Source: Azolla caroliniana
Taxonomy: Eukaryota; Plantae; Polypodiophyta
Direction of reading: 5' to 3'
Assembly: GCA_043228905.1 (NCBI GenBank)
Contig: JBHGNT010000058.1
Coordinates: 1-64,000, forward strand
Length of the DNA: 64,000 bases
The translations under genes were made by a program, and so were the position numbers. This document shows, one piece after another, positions 40,261 to 52,800 of this stretch. The stretch's first letter is position 1; each line of letters starts with the position of its first letter. The notes under the pieces are model-generated. The model worked only from the letters and a program-made list of their open reading frames with translations, was not told the DNA's origin and did not search any database.

Positions 40261-43200
40261 TACTCCCCCTCTTTAAAACATTGCACTCTTGCAATGGAAA
40301 GTTAGGGAAGTTAGTTCTAAGAGTATTTTCGCGTTCCCATGTGGCATCTTTTATTGATTTATCCATCCATTTTATTTTGAATTCTCGGATTTCTTTAGTA
40401 CGTAATTTTTTTGTTTTAACATCGAGAATTCTTTCTGGCACATGTGGTTTAGAAGATAATTCTTCAGAAGTAACCAGAGTTTCAGTCGTAACTGTATTGT
40501 CGCCAGAACCTAGAAGTTCTTTTAGACGACTCACATGAAAGACTGGATGAATTCCGACACCATCGGGAAGAGCGAGACGATAGGCTGATGACCCAATGCG
40601 TTTGAGGACTGTAAAAGGTCCACAAAACCGTGGGGCTAACTTAGCGCACTTACCCGTAGACAATGTCTTAGAATTGTGAGGTACACGTAAAAATACCTTC
40701 TGTCCAGGGTTGAATACACGAGGTTGCCTATGATGATCGGCATAAAAACGCGCTCTATCTTGAGCTGTTTTTATATTATCTCGTGCAATATGCAACATAT
40801 CTTGCATATCCCGAAGAAAGTTTTGCGTACTTCGCAACTCATCATGATGTATAGTAACATCAATCGGGGCTCGTGGCTGAAAACCATACATCAACATAAA
40901 AGGACTATATCCCGTCGACGTATGCTTGGAGCTGTTATAAGCAAACTCCAAAATTGGGAGATAACGTTCCCATTTTGTTGGTTTTGCACCAACGTATGCT
41001 CGAAGCATGTCCTCAATAATTTGATTTACTCGTTCTGTCTGTCCATCGGATTGAGGATGATCCGTGGAGCTCATGCTCAACGTAGTTTCTAACTTCTTAA
41101 AGACTTGTGTCCAGAAGTCACTAGTAAACTTTGGATCTCGATCACTCACGATATCCATCGGTAACCCATAAAAACGAAACAATTCGTCAACGAATTGGTA
41201 AGCCAATTCAGGAGCTGTTACCGTGGTTTTAGTAGCAATAAATCTGGCCATTTTAGTTAGTCGATCAACGACAACCCAGATGGCATCATGACCTTTTTGG
41301 GTGCGAGGAAGGCTAACAATAAAATCCATGGATATACTTTCCCACTTATTATTGGGAATGTCCAAGGGATGTAAAAGTCCTGCGGCTTTAAGTCGCTCGG
41401 CTTTGTTAACCTGACACTGGTGACATTTAGTCACATAGCTATGTATGTCAGGACGCATCTTAGGCCAATAAAATTGAGTGGAGATAAGAACGAGTGTACG
41501 ATGTATTCCAGGGTGCCCTGCGGAGGGTGCATCATGGCATTCAAAAAGAATCCTCTTTTTGACCTCGGGTAAATCTGGAACACAAACCTTCCCATTACGG
41601 TAGAGCAAACCGTTAGCAATGTGGAAGTATTCCTTCGAGGATGTGGTGGTGTCTGTTCCAGACTCAACTCTTGCCCAGTATTTTGCGAAATAACTGTCAT
41701 CAGGATACTTTCCTCGAAGGTGATCATAAAGATCTGATGATATTTCAGTGAAGCTAAGCATGTTAACTTCACGGATGCGACTTAGTGCATCAGCGACAGT
41801 GTTCATGGAACCTTTACGATATCGTATGGAAAAATCAAAGTCCTGGATGAGATCAGCCCATCGTGCCTTACGACCTTTCAGGTCTTGTTGGTCACAAAAA
41901 TATTTCAAGGACTCGTGGTCCGTAGTTACCACAAAGTGATTTCCATAAAGATAATGGCGCCATGTTTTGAGCGCATGTATAACTGCAAATAATTCCTTTT
42001 CTTGAACGGTATACCGACATTGAGCAGAATCAAGTTTCTTACTCTCGAATGCTATTGGTTTACCATCTTGATACAAGACAGCACCTATAGCATAATCGCT
42101 TGCATCGGTTTCAACCTCAAAAGGTTTTGAAGGATCGGGTAAAAGAAGTGAAGGAGCCTTGCAAACCAGGTCCTTGAGTTCCTTAAATGCAAGGTCTAGT
42201 GTAGCATTCCACACAATAGGTTTTGTAGACTTACGCGTTTGACCTTTTAAAAGATCAGTAAACGGCGTCGTCAATTGGGAGTAATTACGAAGAGACTTTC
42301 GCAAAAACCCCACAAAACCAAGGAATGATCGAACTTCTCGAATATTCCGAAGAGTGGGCCAAAGCTTGATTTTCTCAATGCGAGAAGGATCAATTTCAAC
42401 TCCTCGTTCGGTTATGAGATGTCCTAGATAAGTAATTGATTTCTTGAAGAACTCACATTTTGAGATCTTCGCATAAAACTGTTTGTCACGCAATGTTTGT
42501 AAAACAAAGCGGACATGTCTAGCATGTTCTTGTAATGTACGGCTATAAACTAAAATATCATCCAAGAAAATAACGACAAATTTTCCAAGTTGTTCTCGGA
42601 AAATGTCATTCATTTCTTGTTGGAAAGTAGCCGGAGCATTGGTCAAACCAAAAGGCATAACCAAAAACTCGTAATGGCCATAGCGCGTACGAAATGCCGT
42701 TTTAGGAACATCGTCCTCACTTATTCGTATTTGATGGTAGCCAGTTCGGAGATCAAGTTTCGTAAAATACCGAGCTCCCTGGAGACGGTCAATTAGATCG
42801 TCAGCCCGGGGCAATGGATACGAATTCTTGATCGTCACTTTATTCAAGCGTCGGTAATTAATACACATACGCCATGTGCCCTCTTTCTTTTTAACCAAGA
42901 GAACTGGTGCACCCCATGGAGATTTACTATAACGTATATAACCCATTCGTAAATAGTCCTTGAGTTGCTTAGATACCTCATCTTCTTCGGATCGACTTAA
43001 GCGATACGGAGGTATACTTATTGGTGCAACACCAGGTACAATATCTATACGATGGTCTATATTACGTTTAGGAGGTAACCCATCAGGTAGTTCACTTGGA
43101 AAAACATCATGAAAATCATTTAAGATTTCATCAAGTTGTTGTTGTTCAAAATATGTTAACTGAATCGGGACATTATCGATATTGTAAACGTGAATGTCCG

Positions 43201-44680
43201 GATCAAGTACACAATAAAATAACGTAGAACAAGACAACTCGGATATTGATGGACACGAGGAAACAATCGAGAGGGATTGTTTTTTTACACATTGAATAAA
43301 ATGCGTACAATCGTTCAGTACAAAAGAAATGGAATGTCGAACCCAATCAATAAATAAAGAAGAGTTTTTATTATAAAACCAGGGATAACCCAGTATTACA
43401 TCGGTGGTACAAAGATTCATTACATGGAAGTCTACTTCCTCTATATAAGTATCAATAGAAATTCCTAATGAATGAATCGCCCCGTTGATGTATTGTACTC
43501 TTCCATCAGCCAAGTGCACCGTGTAGGTGTGATCACTTACGGTGGGTTGGATTCCCCATATCTGAACCAAACGATCATTCACAAAATTGTGTGAGCTTCC
43601 CGAATCAAATAAAAATTGTACGGGAGATCCATTGATATACCCGTTTGCACGTAGTAAATCATTGGGACCCAATACATAGTGAGGAAAAGAACATTGACAA
43701 TTACTTAAATGGTGTGTATAGACCTGAAGGACATTAGGAATCTGACCTTTATGGTCTACAGCTTTAGCTTTGTTGTCGTGCTCTTTCCGTTGGAGCTTTC
43801 GACATTGATCTTTTGTATGACCCTTCTTTTTGCAGAATACACAAAAAGGATGTTGTCGCTTACAATCGCGATCCAGGAATTCGTTGGGTGTCTTGCGTTT
43901 CCCAACAAATTGCGACTGCTTAGTCCCGGGCACTTCGTTGGGTTTGTTATGGTCCTTCTTCGAAGTGCGTTGATAGCGAAGAACTATTTCAACGGCCTCT
44001 TCGAAGGATTTTGGATCCTTATCGTGCACTATCCAGTGATAGTCCGAATTGGGGATGCCATTGACAAAACAAGCTATCAACCAATTGTCCCCTTCTAGAC
44101 CCGATTTTTGGATTTGGGTTCTAGCATGGTGAACATAGTCTTCTAGCGAGGAAAATTTCCTGCTAGAGAGGTTCATTAAAGCTTGTGCTGCCTCGGTTCG
44201 AGAGGGAGGTTGCAGAAATTGGCCCTTAAAAACCGTGACAAAATCTGTCCAGGTATCGGGCAATTTCCCCATAGTACGGAGGCCACGCCACCAAGCGGCG
44301 GCCTTACCCCCGAGTTCTCGGCCGACATATGCAATCTTCGTACTATCTGGCGTGGGATAGAGCTCAAAATGAGACTCCCATCGTCCAAGCCATGTGCAGA
44401 TTGCTTCTTCGGTTCTTTCCTTTTTGTCTCCCGTAAATGGCTTAACGACAAATGATGGTTCACCTTGTCGCTCATCAGGTCTATTAGTCTCACGTTGTAG
44501 ACTAATGACACGTGCCTCAAGAGCACTCTGAGATTGCCGAAGTTCGGTCATCTGTTGAGCGGTGAAACTAAGGTATTGGGTTATTTGTGCCAAATACATC
44601 TCAGTGGACATTTGTCCAGGAGGATTCCCTTGAGTTCCTTCCGCTTGAGCGGATGACATCGGGTCGTTAATTTGAGCCAT
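40247..44680 (-). CDS. Gag-Pol polyprotein, 1477 aa (capsid, CCHC, protease, RT, RNase H, integrase, chromodomain)
   Basis: [14 protein letters not shown]; [10 protein letters not shown]; YHQIRI...[12 protein letters not shown]...FLDDIL; [10 protein letters not shown]...ELFAV; [24 protein letters not shown]; RFCGPF; PERILD...KIKW...ATWE. The stop codon lies inside the 3' LTR. Confidence 0.96.
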   Translation of the reverse strand: MAQINDPMSSAQAEGTQGNPPGQMSTEMYLAQITQYLSFTAQQMTELRQSQSALEARVISLQRETNRPDERQGEPSFVVKPFTGDKKERTEEAICTWLGRWESHFELYPTPDSTKIAYVGRELGGKAAAWWRGLRTMGKLPDTWTDFVTVFKGQFLQPPSRTEAAQALMNLSSRKFSSLEDYVHHARTQIQKSGLEGDNWLIACFVNGIPNSDYHWIVHDKDPKSFEEAVEIVLRYQRTSKKDHNKPNEVPGTKQSQFVGKRKTPNEFLDRDCKRQHPFCVFCKKKGHTKDQCRKLQRKEHDNKAKAVDHKGQIPNVLQVYTHHLSNCQCSFPHYVLGPNDLLRANGYINGSPVQFLFDSGSSHNFVNDRLVQIWGIQPTVSDHTYTVHLADGRVQYINGAIHSLGISIDTYIEEVDFHVMNLCTTDVILGYPWFYNKNSSLFIDWVRHSISFVLNDCTHFIQCVKKQSLSIVSSCPSISELSCSTLFYCVLDPDIHVYNIDNVPIQLTYFEQQQLDEILNDFHDVFPSELPDGLPPKRNIDHRIDIVPGVAPISIPPYRLSRSEEDEVSKQLKDYLRMGYIRYSKSPWGAPVLLVKKKEGTWRMCINYRRLNKVTIKNSYPLPRADDLIDRLQGARYFTKLDLRTGYHQIRISEDDVPKTAFRTRYGHYEFLVMPFGLTNAPATFQQEMNDIFREQLGKFVVIFLDDILVYSRTLQEHARHVRFVLQTLRDKQFYAKISKCEFFKKSITYLGHLITERGVEIDPSRIEKIKLWPTLRNIREVRSFLGFVGFLRKSLRNYSQLTTPFTDLLKGQTRKSTKPIVWNATLDLAFKELKDLVCKAPSLLLPDPSKPFEVETDASDYAIGAVLYQDGKPIAFESKKLDSAQCRYTVQEKELFAVIHALKTWRHYLYGNHFVVTTDHESLKYFCDQQDLKGRKARWADLIQDFDFSIRYRKGSMNTVADALSRIREVNMLSFTEISSDLYDHLRGKYPDDSYFAKYWARVESGTDTTTSSKEYFHIANGLLYRNGKVCVPDLPEVKKRILFECHDAPSAGHPGIHRTLVLISTQFYWPKMRPDIHSYVTKCHQCQVNKAERLKAAGLLHPLDIPNNKWESISMDFIVSLPRTQKGHDAIWVVVDRLTKMARFIATKTTVTAPELAYQFVDELFRFYGLPMDIVSDRDPKFTSDFWTQVFKKLETTLSMSSTDHPQSDGQTERVNQIIEDMLRAYVGAKPTKWERYLPILEFAYNSSKHTSTGYSPFMLMYGFQPRAPIDVTIHHDELRSTQNFLRDMQDMLHIARDNIKTAQDRARFYADHHRQPRVFNPGQKVFLRVPHNSKTLSTGKCAKLAPRFCGPFTVLKRIGSSAYRLALPDGVGIHPVFHVSRLKELLGSGDNTVTTETLVTSEELSSKPHVPERILDVKTKKLRTKEIREFKIKWMDKSIKDATWERENTLRTNFPNFPLQECNVLKRGSMLRA
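40261..40276 (-). other. Polypurine tract of element 2
   Basis: Minus strand AAAGAGGGGGAGTA directly before the 3' LTR. Confidence 0.85.
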
Positions 44681-45868
44681 TAAAGATTATTTCTGGAAAA
44701 GAAATAGGATAAGGTCAGAGATATAGTCATAACATCTTGTCGTGATGTAAACATATCATGGGCGAGCATTAATCGATATCATTATCTCACGTCAATACCC
44801 CTCTAGACGTATGAGATGAGGTTCAAGATCAGGTTACTATGGTAACACAAAGGTGTTTTAAAAACCATGGGGGTGACAAATAAATGTCTTTCCCTGATCT
44901 CTATATCGATTTTTTCATGGTGGCTCCCCGAGGCTCAACCATGTATGTTCGCGTCATGAATAGTTTATACACGAAAAAAAATGTTAACAATAAACTATGT
45001 TTCGGTGCCCACATAAGTGGTTTCGGCTCTTTAAGTCCTATTACGAGGACCCCGAGGTGCACTTAGACCTTAAGTCTAAACATGTGTTATAGTCATATGT
45101 ATCAAGGATGTTGTATGGTCTTGGTCATATTTGAACTCGAGACCTCGAGAACAAATACATTAAACACTTGAGCCAACCAAGTAAGTTGCTCTTCTCGAAT
45201 GCTTAATGTTTGATGCGTATAAGAGATATGCGAGGCAATTGATCATATACGTTTTTTTAAAAGAACATATATGTCAAGGGTCCTTATTTCGCCCTCATTT
45301 ACCAACACTATGTTGGTACGTTACCTAACCTCAAGTCTCGTAATTACGATGGCATACGCCAAAGTGCAACCTAATGGTGAAGCCAAATGAGCCCTCGTTT
45401 CGTAGTAGGCTCACGTGGGCCATCACATGGTCACGTCATTACGAATGCCTCTCGTAAGAACGAGCTCATGGTGGCATCGTATCCATGTAACGAGGGAAGG
45501 ATGTTGGATACGTGCGTCATTGGAGCGACCTCACTTGAAGTGGGTCAAGCCCTACGTACTCAACATCATTATGGCTATTGCGTTTCTTTACGTAACGAAA
45601 TCGAGGTCATCAACGGGGTTATCAACAATAAAAAATTGTTGAAAAAGGAATGGTGACAACGCCATTCTCACAAAAATGTGAGGACGGCCACCAACATCCT
45701 TTTCCCGACCATGACAACTTTCGACATAATCACGTAATAACGAATATACACATATGTTTACTTTTCACATATATACGATCAAATACGTATATATGTGACC
45801 ACATATGCCTATATTAAACATATCGTTATATTAAATAGCCACAAATGATGTGATCGAGATACGTAATC

Positions 45869-46111
45869 GAGGTATATACCTCTACGCACACGAAACATCC
45901 ACAAATAAGAGATCATCGTAATACGCAATGGAGGTATTGACCTCTTACGCATACGAGACCAAACGCATATCGTTTACAACAAATTAAGGTATTAAACTCA
46001 TACGCAAACGTAACATATGTTCGTGAACGTAATACGTAATTGAGGTATTAACCTCGTACGCATACGACACTCATCACATATTATTAATATGTCAAACGAG
46101 GTATTGACCTC
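45869..46111. repeat. Five degenerate ~56-62 bp repeats with a palindromic GAGGTATnnACCTC core, in the leader of element 2
   Basis: Cores start at 45869, 45931, 45986 (degenerate), 46042 and 46098; most are followed by TACGCA-like sequence. Confidence 0.75.
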
Positions 46112-46355
46112 GTGCACATATGTAAACGTTTTAGATAATCAATTAAAGACCACTACAACATCATTGATTTAATGAAAAAAATTACATATAAACTAAACAC
46201 ATGATTAGATGGGAGAAGAGAGAATAGAAAAAAAAATATGGAAAGAGTTACCGAAGTTCTTTGTTGATCGTTGTCTGGATCAAGGCCAACCGCACAATGA
46301 TCGATCAGCATCAATCAAAAGACAAATGAAAAACAAAGAAACATTAGTAAAAAAA

Positions 46356-46365
46356 TCTGATACCA
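46356..46365 (-). other. Primer binding site, tRNA-iMet type (10 nt)
   Basis: Minus strand TGGTATCAGA, 2 nt downstream of the 5' LTR; matches the start of the canonical plant iMet PBS TGGTATCAGAGC. Confidence 0.85.
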
Positions 46366-46367
46366 AA

Positions 46368-46822
46368 TATTATAGATCATAGTACTAATGTAAGCTTAAG
46401 ATAAGGATAATGAAAAGATAGATAGAAAGGAGAAAGAGAAAGAAGGGTGCCGATCCACCCGACCACCCCCGAGCGAAGGGATCGAGACGGACTCGAGCCT
46501 CGATCGGCGTCCCATACCACCGCCGTGGCGTCGAGTCGTACCTGGTGCTGGCGCGCTCGCTACAAGAGTTGACCCACCACACGAGCAGAGTCTCGATGTA
46601 GTCAAAAGATGATCAAATGAGGGTAGCTAGGCCTCTTATTTATAGCGAAACCCAAGGCCCCCAGGCAAGTTCACACTTGACCTAATGGGTTGTCTCAATC
46701 CCGAGGATTAAAAGTAATCCTCCCCTTCTTTACACTCTCATTTAACCCTCACACTTATCCACGTGTATAGAATACTACGGTAAATTCTTACCACGGGATA
46801 TTATATGGTCATGCCCGTAACA
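46368..46822 (-). repeat. 5' LTR of element 2
   Basis: Direct repeat of 39806-40260; contains a minus-strand TATAAATA. Confidence 0.95.
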
Positions 46823-49800
46823 AAAGGACTAGAGTGGTACATTAACTAATTCATTAACAAAGGACTAGAATGGTACATTGTAATCAAGTTGCCTCGGATC
46901 CTTACTTTTTACCTGGGACGCCCGGCTACAAGTAGATATATCATATATCATGAGTTAATGTGGCATCGATAAAAACCGTTGCAATTGTTAAATCCTAAAA
47001 ACGATATTGTGTTAGAATAATCCTCAGTTTTTCATTGATGCTTGCACAATATATAAATATTATTTATTTCTAATCAATTATTGCAATATTAAAGAGCATA
47101 CAAGCTGTGATACATTGTACTCTAGTTGGTTAGGATGCTCGGCTCTCACTCGAGAGACCCGTGTTGAACTCCCGGCAATGGAAAAGACAATATCATATAT
47201 CAAATTTTGCGACACATGTCATGTGTGTACTGTTTGATAACTCAAAAAGTCAACCCCTAAAGTAGTTCTTAAAATAATGTACAATTAACAAAATAATTAA
47301 TATTATGTTTGAAGGATTGACAAAGAAGTTTACTTTAATTTTTTTCTCCTAACATCAATTTCTAAACTTAATCCCATTATTCGATTAATGGTAGAGGTTT
47401 CGAATGAAATTGGACCAAACATTATGTTGTTCGGGAAAACAAGAAGCAATATATTCAGTTGTGGTTATTCCTCAACATTGTTACGATAAATCAGTACACC
47501 AACAATTATAGTTTTGATAACTTGATACAATTTCAAAAAATACTCATAGATTGCAAAATACTGGTCAATTGTCGACAAGCATTGCAGTATGTTTCTTTAT
47601 TTGTAGCAAAGCACTAGAATAGTACATTAACTAATTCATTTACTCCATGAATTCCATTCTAATCAAGTTGCCTCGACTCGTTCATTTTTGCCCGAGATGC
47701 GCGGGTACAACCACATGCATAGGACAAACTAGATACATCATAGATCTTGAGTTAATTTGTCATCGATAAAAACCCGTCAAATTATTAAATCTTAAAAACG
47801 AGAGTGTGTTAGAATAATCTTCTGTTTCTTGTCGATGCTTGCGCAAAATATGAATATTCTTTATTACTAATCAATGATTGCAATATTAAAAAGTGCACAA
47901 GATGTGATCCATTGTAGTCTAGTTGGTTAGAATGCTTGGCTCTCACATGACAGACCCGGGTTCAACTCCTAGGAATAGATTGCACCAACAATTATAGCTT
48001 GGATAACTTGATACAATTACAAACAATACGCATTGATAGCAGAATAATGGCCAACTGTAGTAAAGCACTCGAATATTACATTAACTAATTGATTTACTAA
48101 ATGAATTCCACTATAGTCTAGTTGGTTCAGATACTTGTTTTTTACACGAGACTCCCGGGTACAACAATTGGCATGGGAAAAACTAAATACATCATAGATC
48201 ATGAGTTAATATATCATCGATAAAAACCCTTGAAATTATTAAATCTTAAAAACGAGAGTGTGTTAGAATAATCCTCAGTTTCTCGTTAATATTTGCGCAA
48301 TATATAAATATTACTTATTACTAATCAATGATTGCAATATTAAAAAGTACACTAGATATGATCCATTGTAGTCTAGTTGGTTAGGATACTTGGCTTTCAC
48401 CCGAGAGACCGGGGTTTAACTACCGGAAATGGAAACGACAATATCATATATAAAATTTCCGACGTATATCATGTGTTAATTGTTTGATAACTTTCGGGTA
48501 CAAAAATAGGCATTGGAAAAACTAGAGACATCATAGATCATGAGGTAATGTCGCATCGATAAAAACTTTTCAAATTATTAAATCTTAAAAATGACAGTGT
48601 GTTAGAATAATCCTCAGTTTCTCGTTGATGCTTGCCCAATATATCAATATCACTTGTTAGTAATCTATGATTGCAATATATCTATACATAAGATAGGATC
48701 CATTGTAGTCTAGTTGGTGAAGATACTCGGCTTTCTCTTGAGAGACCCGTGTTCAACTCCCGGCAATGGAAACGACAATATCATATTATAAATTTGCAAC
48801 GCATATCATGTGTTTGAAGGATTGATGACAAATTGTTTGGTTTTTATAGTTTCGATAACTTGATAGAATTTCCAAAGATACGCATAGATTGTAGAATAAT
48901 GTTTCACTCTTGATCAACATTGCACCATAGTTCTTTATTTGAAGAAAAGCACTAGACTATTACATTAACTAATTCATTTACTAAATTAATTCCATTGTAG
49001 TCTAGTTGGTTGGGATACTTGTTTTTTACACGAGATTGCCAGGTACAACATTATGTTGTTCAGGAAAACAAGAAGCGGTAGATTTGGTTGTGGTTATTCT
49101 TGAACATCAATAGTTTCGATCGCTTGTTACAATTTCAAACAATACGCATAGATTGGAGAATAATGGTCAATTGTCGATGACTATTGCACTATGTTTCTTT
49201 ATTTGTAACAAAGGACTAGAATGGTACATTAAGTAATTCATTAACAAAGGACTAGAATGGTACATTATAATCAAGTTGCCTCGGATGCTTACTTTTTACC
49301 TGGGACCCCGACTACAAGTAGATATATCATATATCATGAGTTAATGTGGCATCGATAAAAATCCTTGAAATTATTAAATCCTAAAAACGATAGTGTGCTA
49401 GAATAATCCTTAGTTTTTCATTGATGCTTGCGCAATATATAAATATTATTTATTTCTAATCAATTATAGCAATATTGAAAAGCATAGAAGATGTGATCCA
49501 TTGTAGTCTAGTTGGTTAGGATGATCGCATCTCACCTGAGAGACCCGTGTTCAACTCCTGGTAATGGAAAAGACAATACCATACCTCAAATTTTGCGACG
49601 CATGTCATGTGTGTATTGTTTGATAACTCAAAAACTCAAGCCCTAAAGTAGTTCATACAATAATGTGCAATTAACAAAATAATTAATATTATGTTCGAAG
49701 GATTGACAAAGAACTTTACTTTAATTTCTAAACTTAATCCCATTATTCGATTAATGGTAGAGGTTTCGAATGAAATTGGACCAAACATTATGTTGTTCGG

Positions 49801-52800
49801 GAGAACAAGAAACAATATATTTAGTTGTGGTTATTCATGAACATTGTTACGATAAATTAGTACACCAACAATTATAGTTTGTATAACTTGATACAATTTT
49901 AAGCCATACGCATAGATTGCAAAATAATGGTCAACTGTCGACAAGCATTGCAGCATGTTTCTTTTTTTGTAGCAAAGCACTAGAATAGTACATTAACTAA
50001 TTAATTTATTAAATGAATTCCATTGTAGTCTAGTTGGTTCGGATCCTTGTTTTTTACACGAGACTCCCGGGTATAACAATAGGCATTGGGAAAACTAGAT
50101 ACATCATAGATCATGAGGTAATGTGACATCGACAAAAACCCTTGAAATTATTAAATCTTAGAAACGAGAGTGGGTTATAATAATCTTCTGTTTCTCGTTG
50201 ATGGTTGCGCAATAAATAAATATTATTTATTACCAATCAATGATTGCAATATTAGAAAGTGCACAGGATGTTATCCATTGTAGTCTAGTTGGTTAGAATA
50301 CTCGGCTCTCACACGAGAGACCCGGGTTCAACTCTCGGGGATAGACAGGACAATATCATATATTAAATTTTGCAACGCATGTTATGTGTTAACAGTTTGA
50401 TAACTCAAAAATTCAAGACCTAAAGTAGTTACAATTATGTACAATTAACAAAATAATCAATATTACGTTTGGTGGATTGATAAAGAATTTTAGTTTGATT
50501 GTTTTTCCGAACGTCAATTTCTAAATTAAATCCCCTTATTCAATTAATACTAGTGGTTTCAAATGAAATTTGACGAAAAATTATGTTGTTTGGGACAAGA
50601 AGAACCAGTATATTTAGTTGTGGTTATTCCTCAACATTGTTATCACAAATTAGTACACCAAGAATTATAGTTTGGATAACTTGATACAATTTCAAACAAT
50701 ACGCATAGATTGCAAAATAATGGTCAACTGTTGACTAGCATTGCACCATGTTTCTTTCTTTGTAGCAAAGCACTTGAATAGTACATTTACTAATTCATTT
50801 AGTCAATGAATTCCATTTTAATCAAGTTGCCTTGAATCTTTGATTTTTGCTGGAGACGCGTGGGTACAAGCACAGGTATAGGAAAAATTAGATAAAAACC
50901 CTTGAAACTAGTAAATCTTAGAAACGAGAGTGTGTTAGAATAATCCTCAGTTTTTCGTTGATGCTTGCACAAAATATAAATAGTATTTATTTCCAATCAA
51001 TGATTGTAATATTACAAAGCACACAAAATGTGATCCATTGTACTCTAGTTGGTTAGGATACTCAACTCTAGGCCGAGAGACCCGGGTTCAACTACCGGCA
51101 ATGGAAACGACAATATCATATATTAAATTTTCGACGCATATCATGTCTTAACTGTTTGATAACTCAATAACTCAAGACCTAAAGTAGGTGTTACAATAAT
51201 GTACAGTTAAATAAATAATCAATATTATGTTTGAAGGATTGATAAAGAAATTTACTTTGATTTTCTCCTCCTAACACCAATTTCTAAACTTAATCCCATT
51301 ATTCGATTGTAATCACGTGGCCTCGAATCGTTGATTTTTACCCAAGACGCGCGGTTACAAGCACAGGCATAGGAAAAACTAGATATATCATACATGATGA
51401 GTTAATTTGGCACCGATAAAAACCCGTGAAATTATTAAATCTTAAAAACGAGAGTGTGTTAGAATAATCCTCTGTTTCTTGTTGATGATTGCGCAATATA
51501 TAAATATTATTTATTACTAATTAATGATTGCAATTTAAAAAAGTGTACAATATGTGATCGATTGAAGTCTAGTTGGTTAGAATACTCGGCTCTCACTTGA
51601 GAGACCCGGGTTTAACTCCTGGCAATGAAAACGACAATATCATATATTAAATTTCTGAGTTATATCTTGTGTTAACTGTTTGATAACTTAAAAACTCAAG
51701 ACCTAAAGTAGATGTTACAATAATGTACAATTAATAAAATAAACAATATTATGTCTGAAGGATTGATGACGAACATTGCTTTCCTTTTTTTCTCTTGTTG
51801 ATATGGCACCATATTTCTTTATTTGAACCAATATTACATTGACTAATTGATTTACGAAATAAATTCCATTGTAGTCTAGATTGCAGAATAATGGTCAACT
51901 ATTGAGATACCCGGGTTCAACTCCCACCAATAGAAAAGACAATATCATATATCATATTTTGTGACGCATGTCATGTGTTAAGTGCTCGATAACTCAACAA
52001 CTGAAGACCTAACATTATGTTGTTCGGGATAACAACATGCAGTATATTTAGTTCTGGTTATCCACAACATTGTTATGACAAATTAGTACACCTACAATTA
52101 TAGTTTCGATAATTCGATAGAATTTCAAACAATACGCATAGATTACAGAGTAATGGTCAATTGTCGATGAGTATTGCACCATGTTTCTTTATTTTTAACA
52201 AAGGACTAAAATGGTACATTAACTAAGTCATTTACTAAATGAAAACCATTGTAATCAAGTTGCCTCGAATCCTTGCTTTTTACCTGAGACACTCGGGTAC
52301 AAGTAGATATATCCTATATCATGAGTTAATATGGCATTGATAAAAACCCTTGAAATTATTAAATCTTAAAAACGAGAGTGTGTTCGAAAAAACCTCTGTT
52401 TCTTGTTGATGCTTGTGCAATATATAAATATTATTTATTTCTAATCAATGATAGCAAGATTAAAAAGCACACAAGCTGTGATCCACGATAGTCTAGTTGG
52501 TTAGGATACTCGGCCCTCATGTGAGAGACCCGGGTACAACTCCCGGCAATGGAAACGACAATATCCTATATTAAATTTCCGACGCATATAAGGTGGTAAT
52601 TGTTTGATAACTAAAAAAATCCAGTCCTAAAGTAGGTGTTACAATAATGTACGACTAACAAAATAAAGAATTTTATGTTTCAACGATTGATAACGAACTT
52701 TACTTTGATTTTCGTCTCCTAACATCAATTTCTAAACTTAATTCCATTATTCGATTAATGGTAGAGGTTTCGAATGAAATTGGAAAAAATAATATGTTGT

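Larger units (their letters stand above)
39806..46822 (-). mobile_element. Young, structurally complete Ty3/Gypsy chromovirus, 7017 bp (element 2)
   Basis: 455 bp LTRs at 39806-40260 and 46368-46822, identical by eye; TSD AAAGG at 39801-39805 and 46823-46827; PBS, PPT and a single uninterrupted polyprotein ORF; empty site at 22319-22323. Confidence 0.97.

Noticed and set aside
40281-45656. Plus-strand and alternative-frame ORFs over element 2, including 45387-45656 in the leader
   Set aside because: Antisense shadows of gag-pol or short ORFs without recognisable motifs; no support for an env-like or extra gene.
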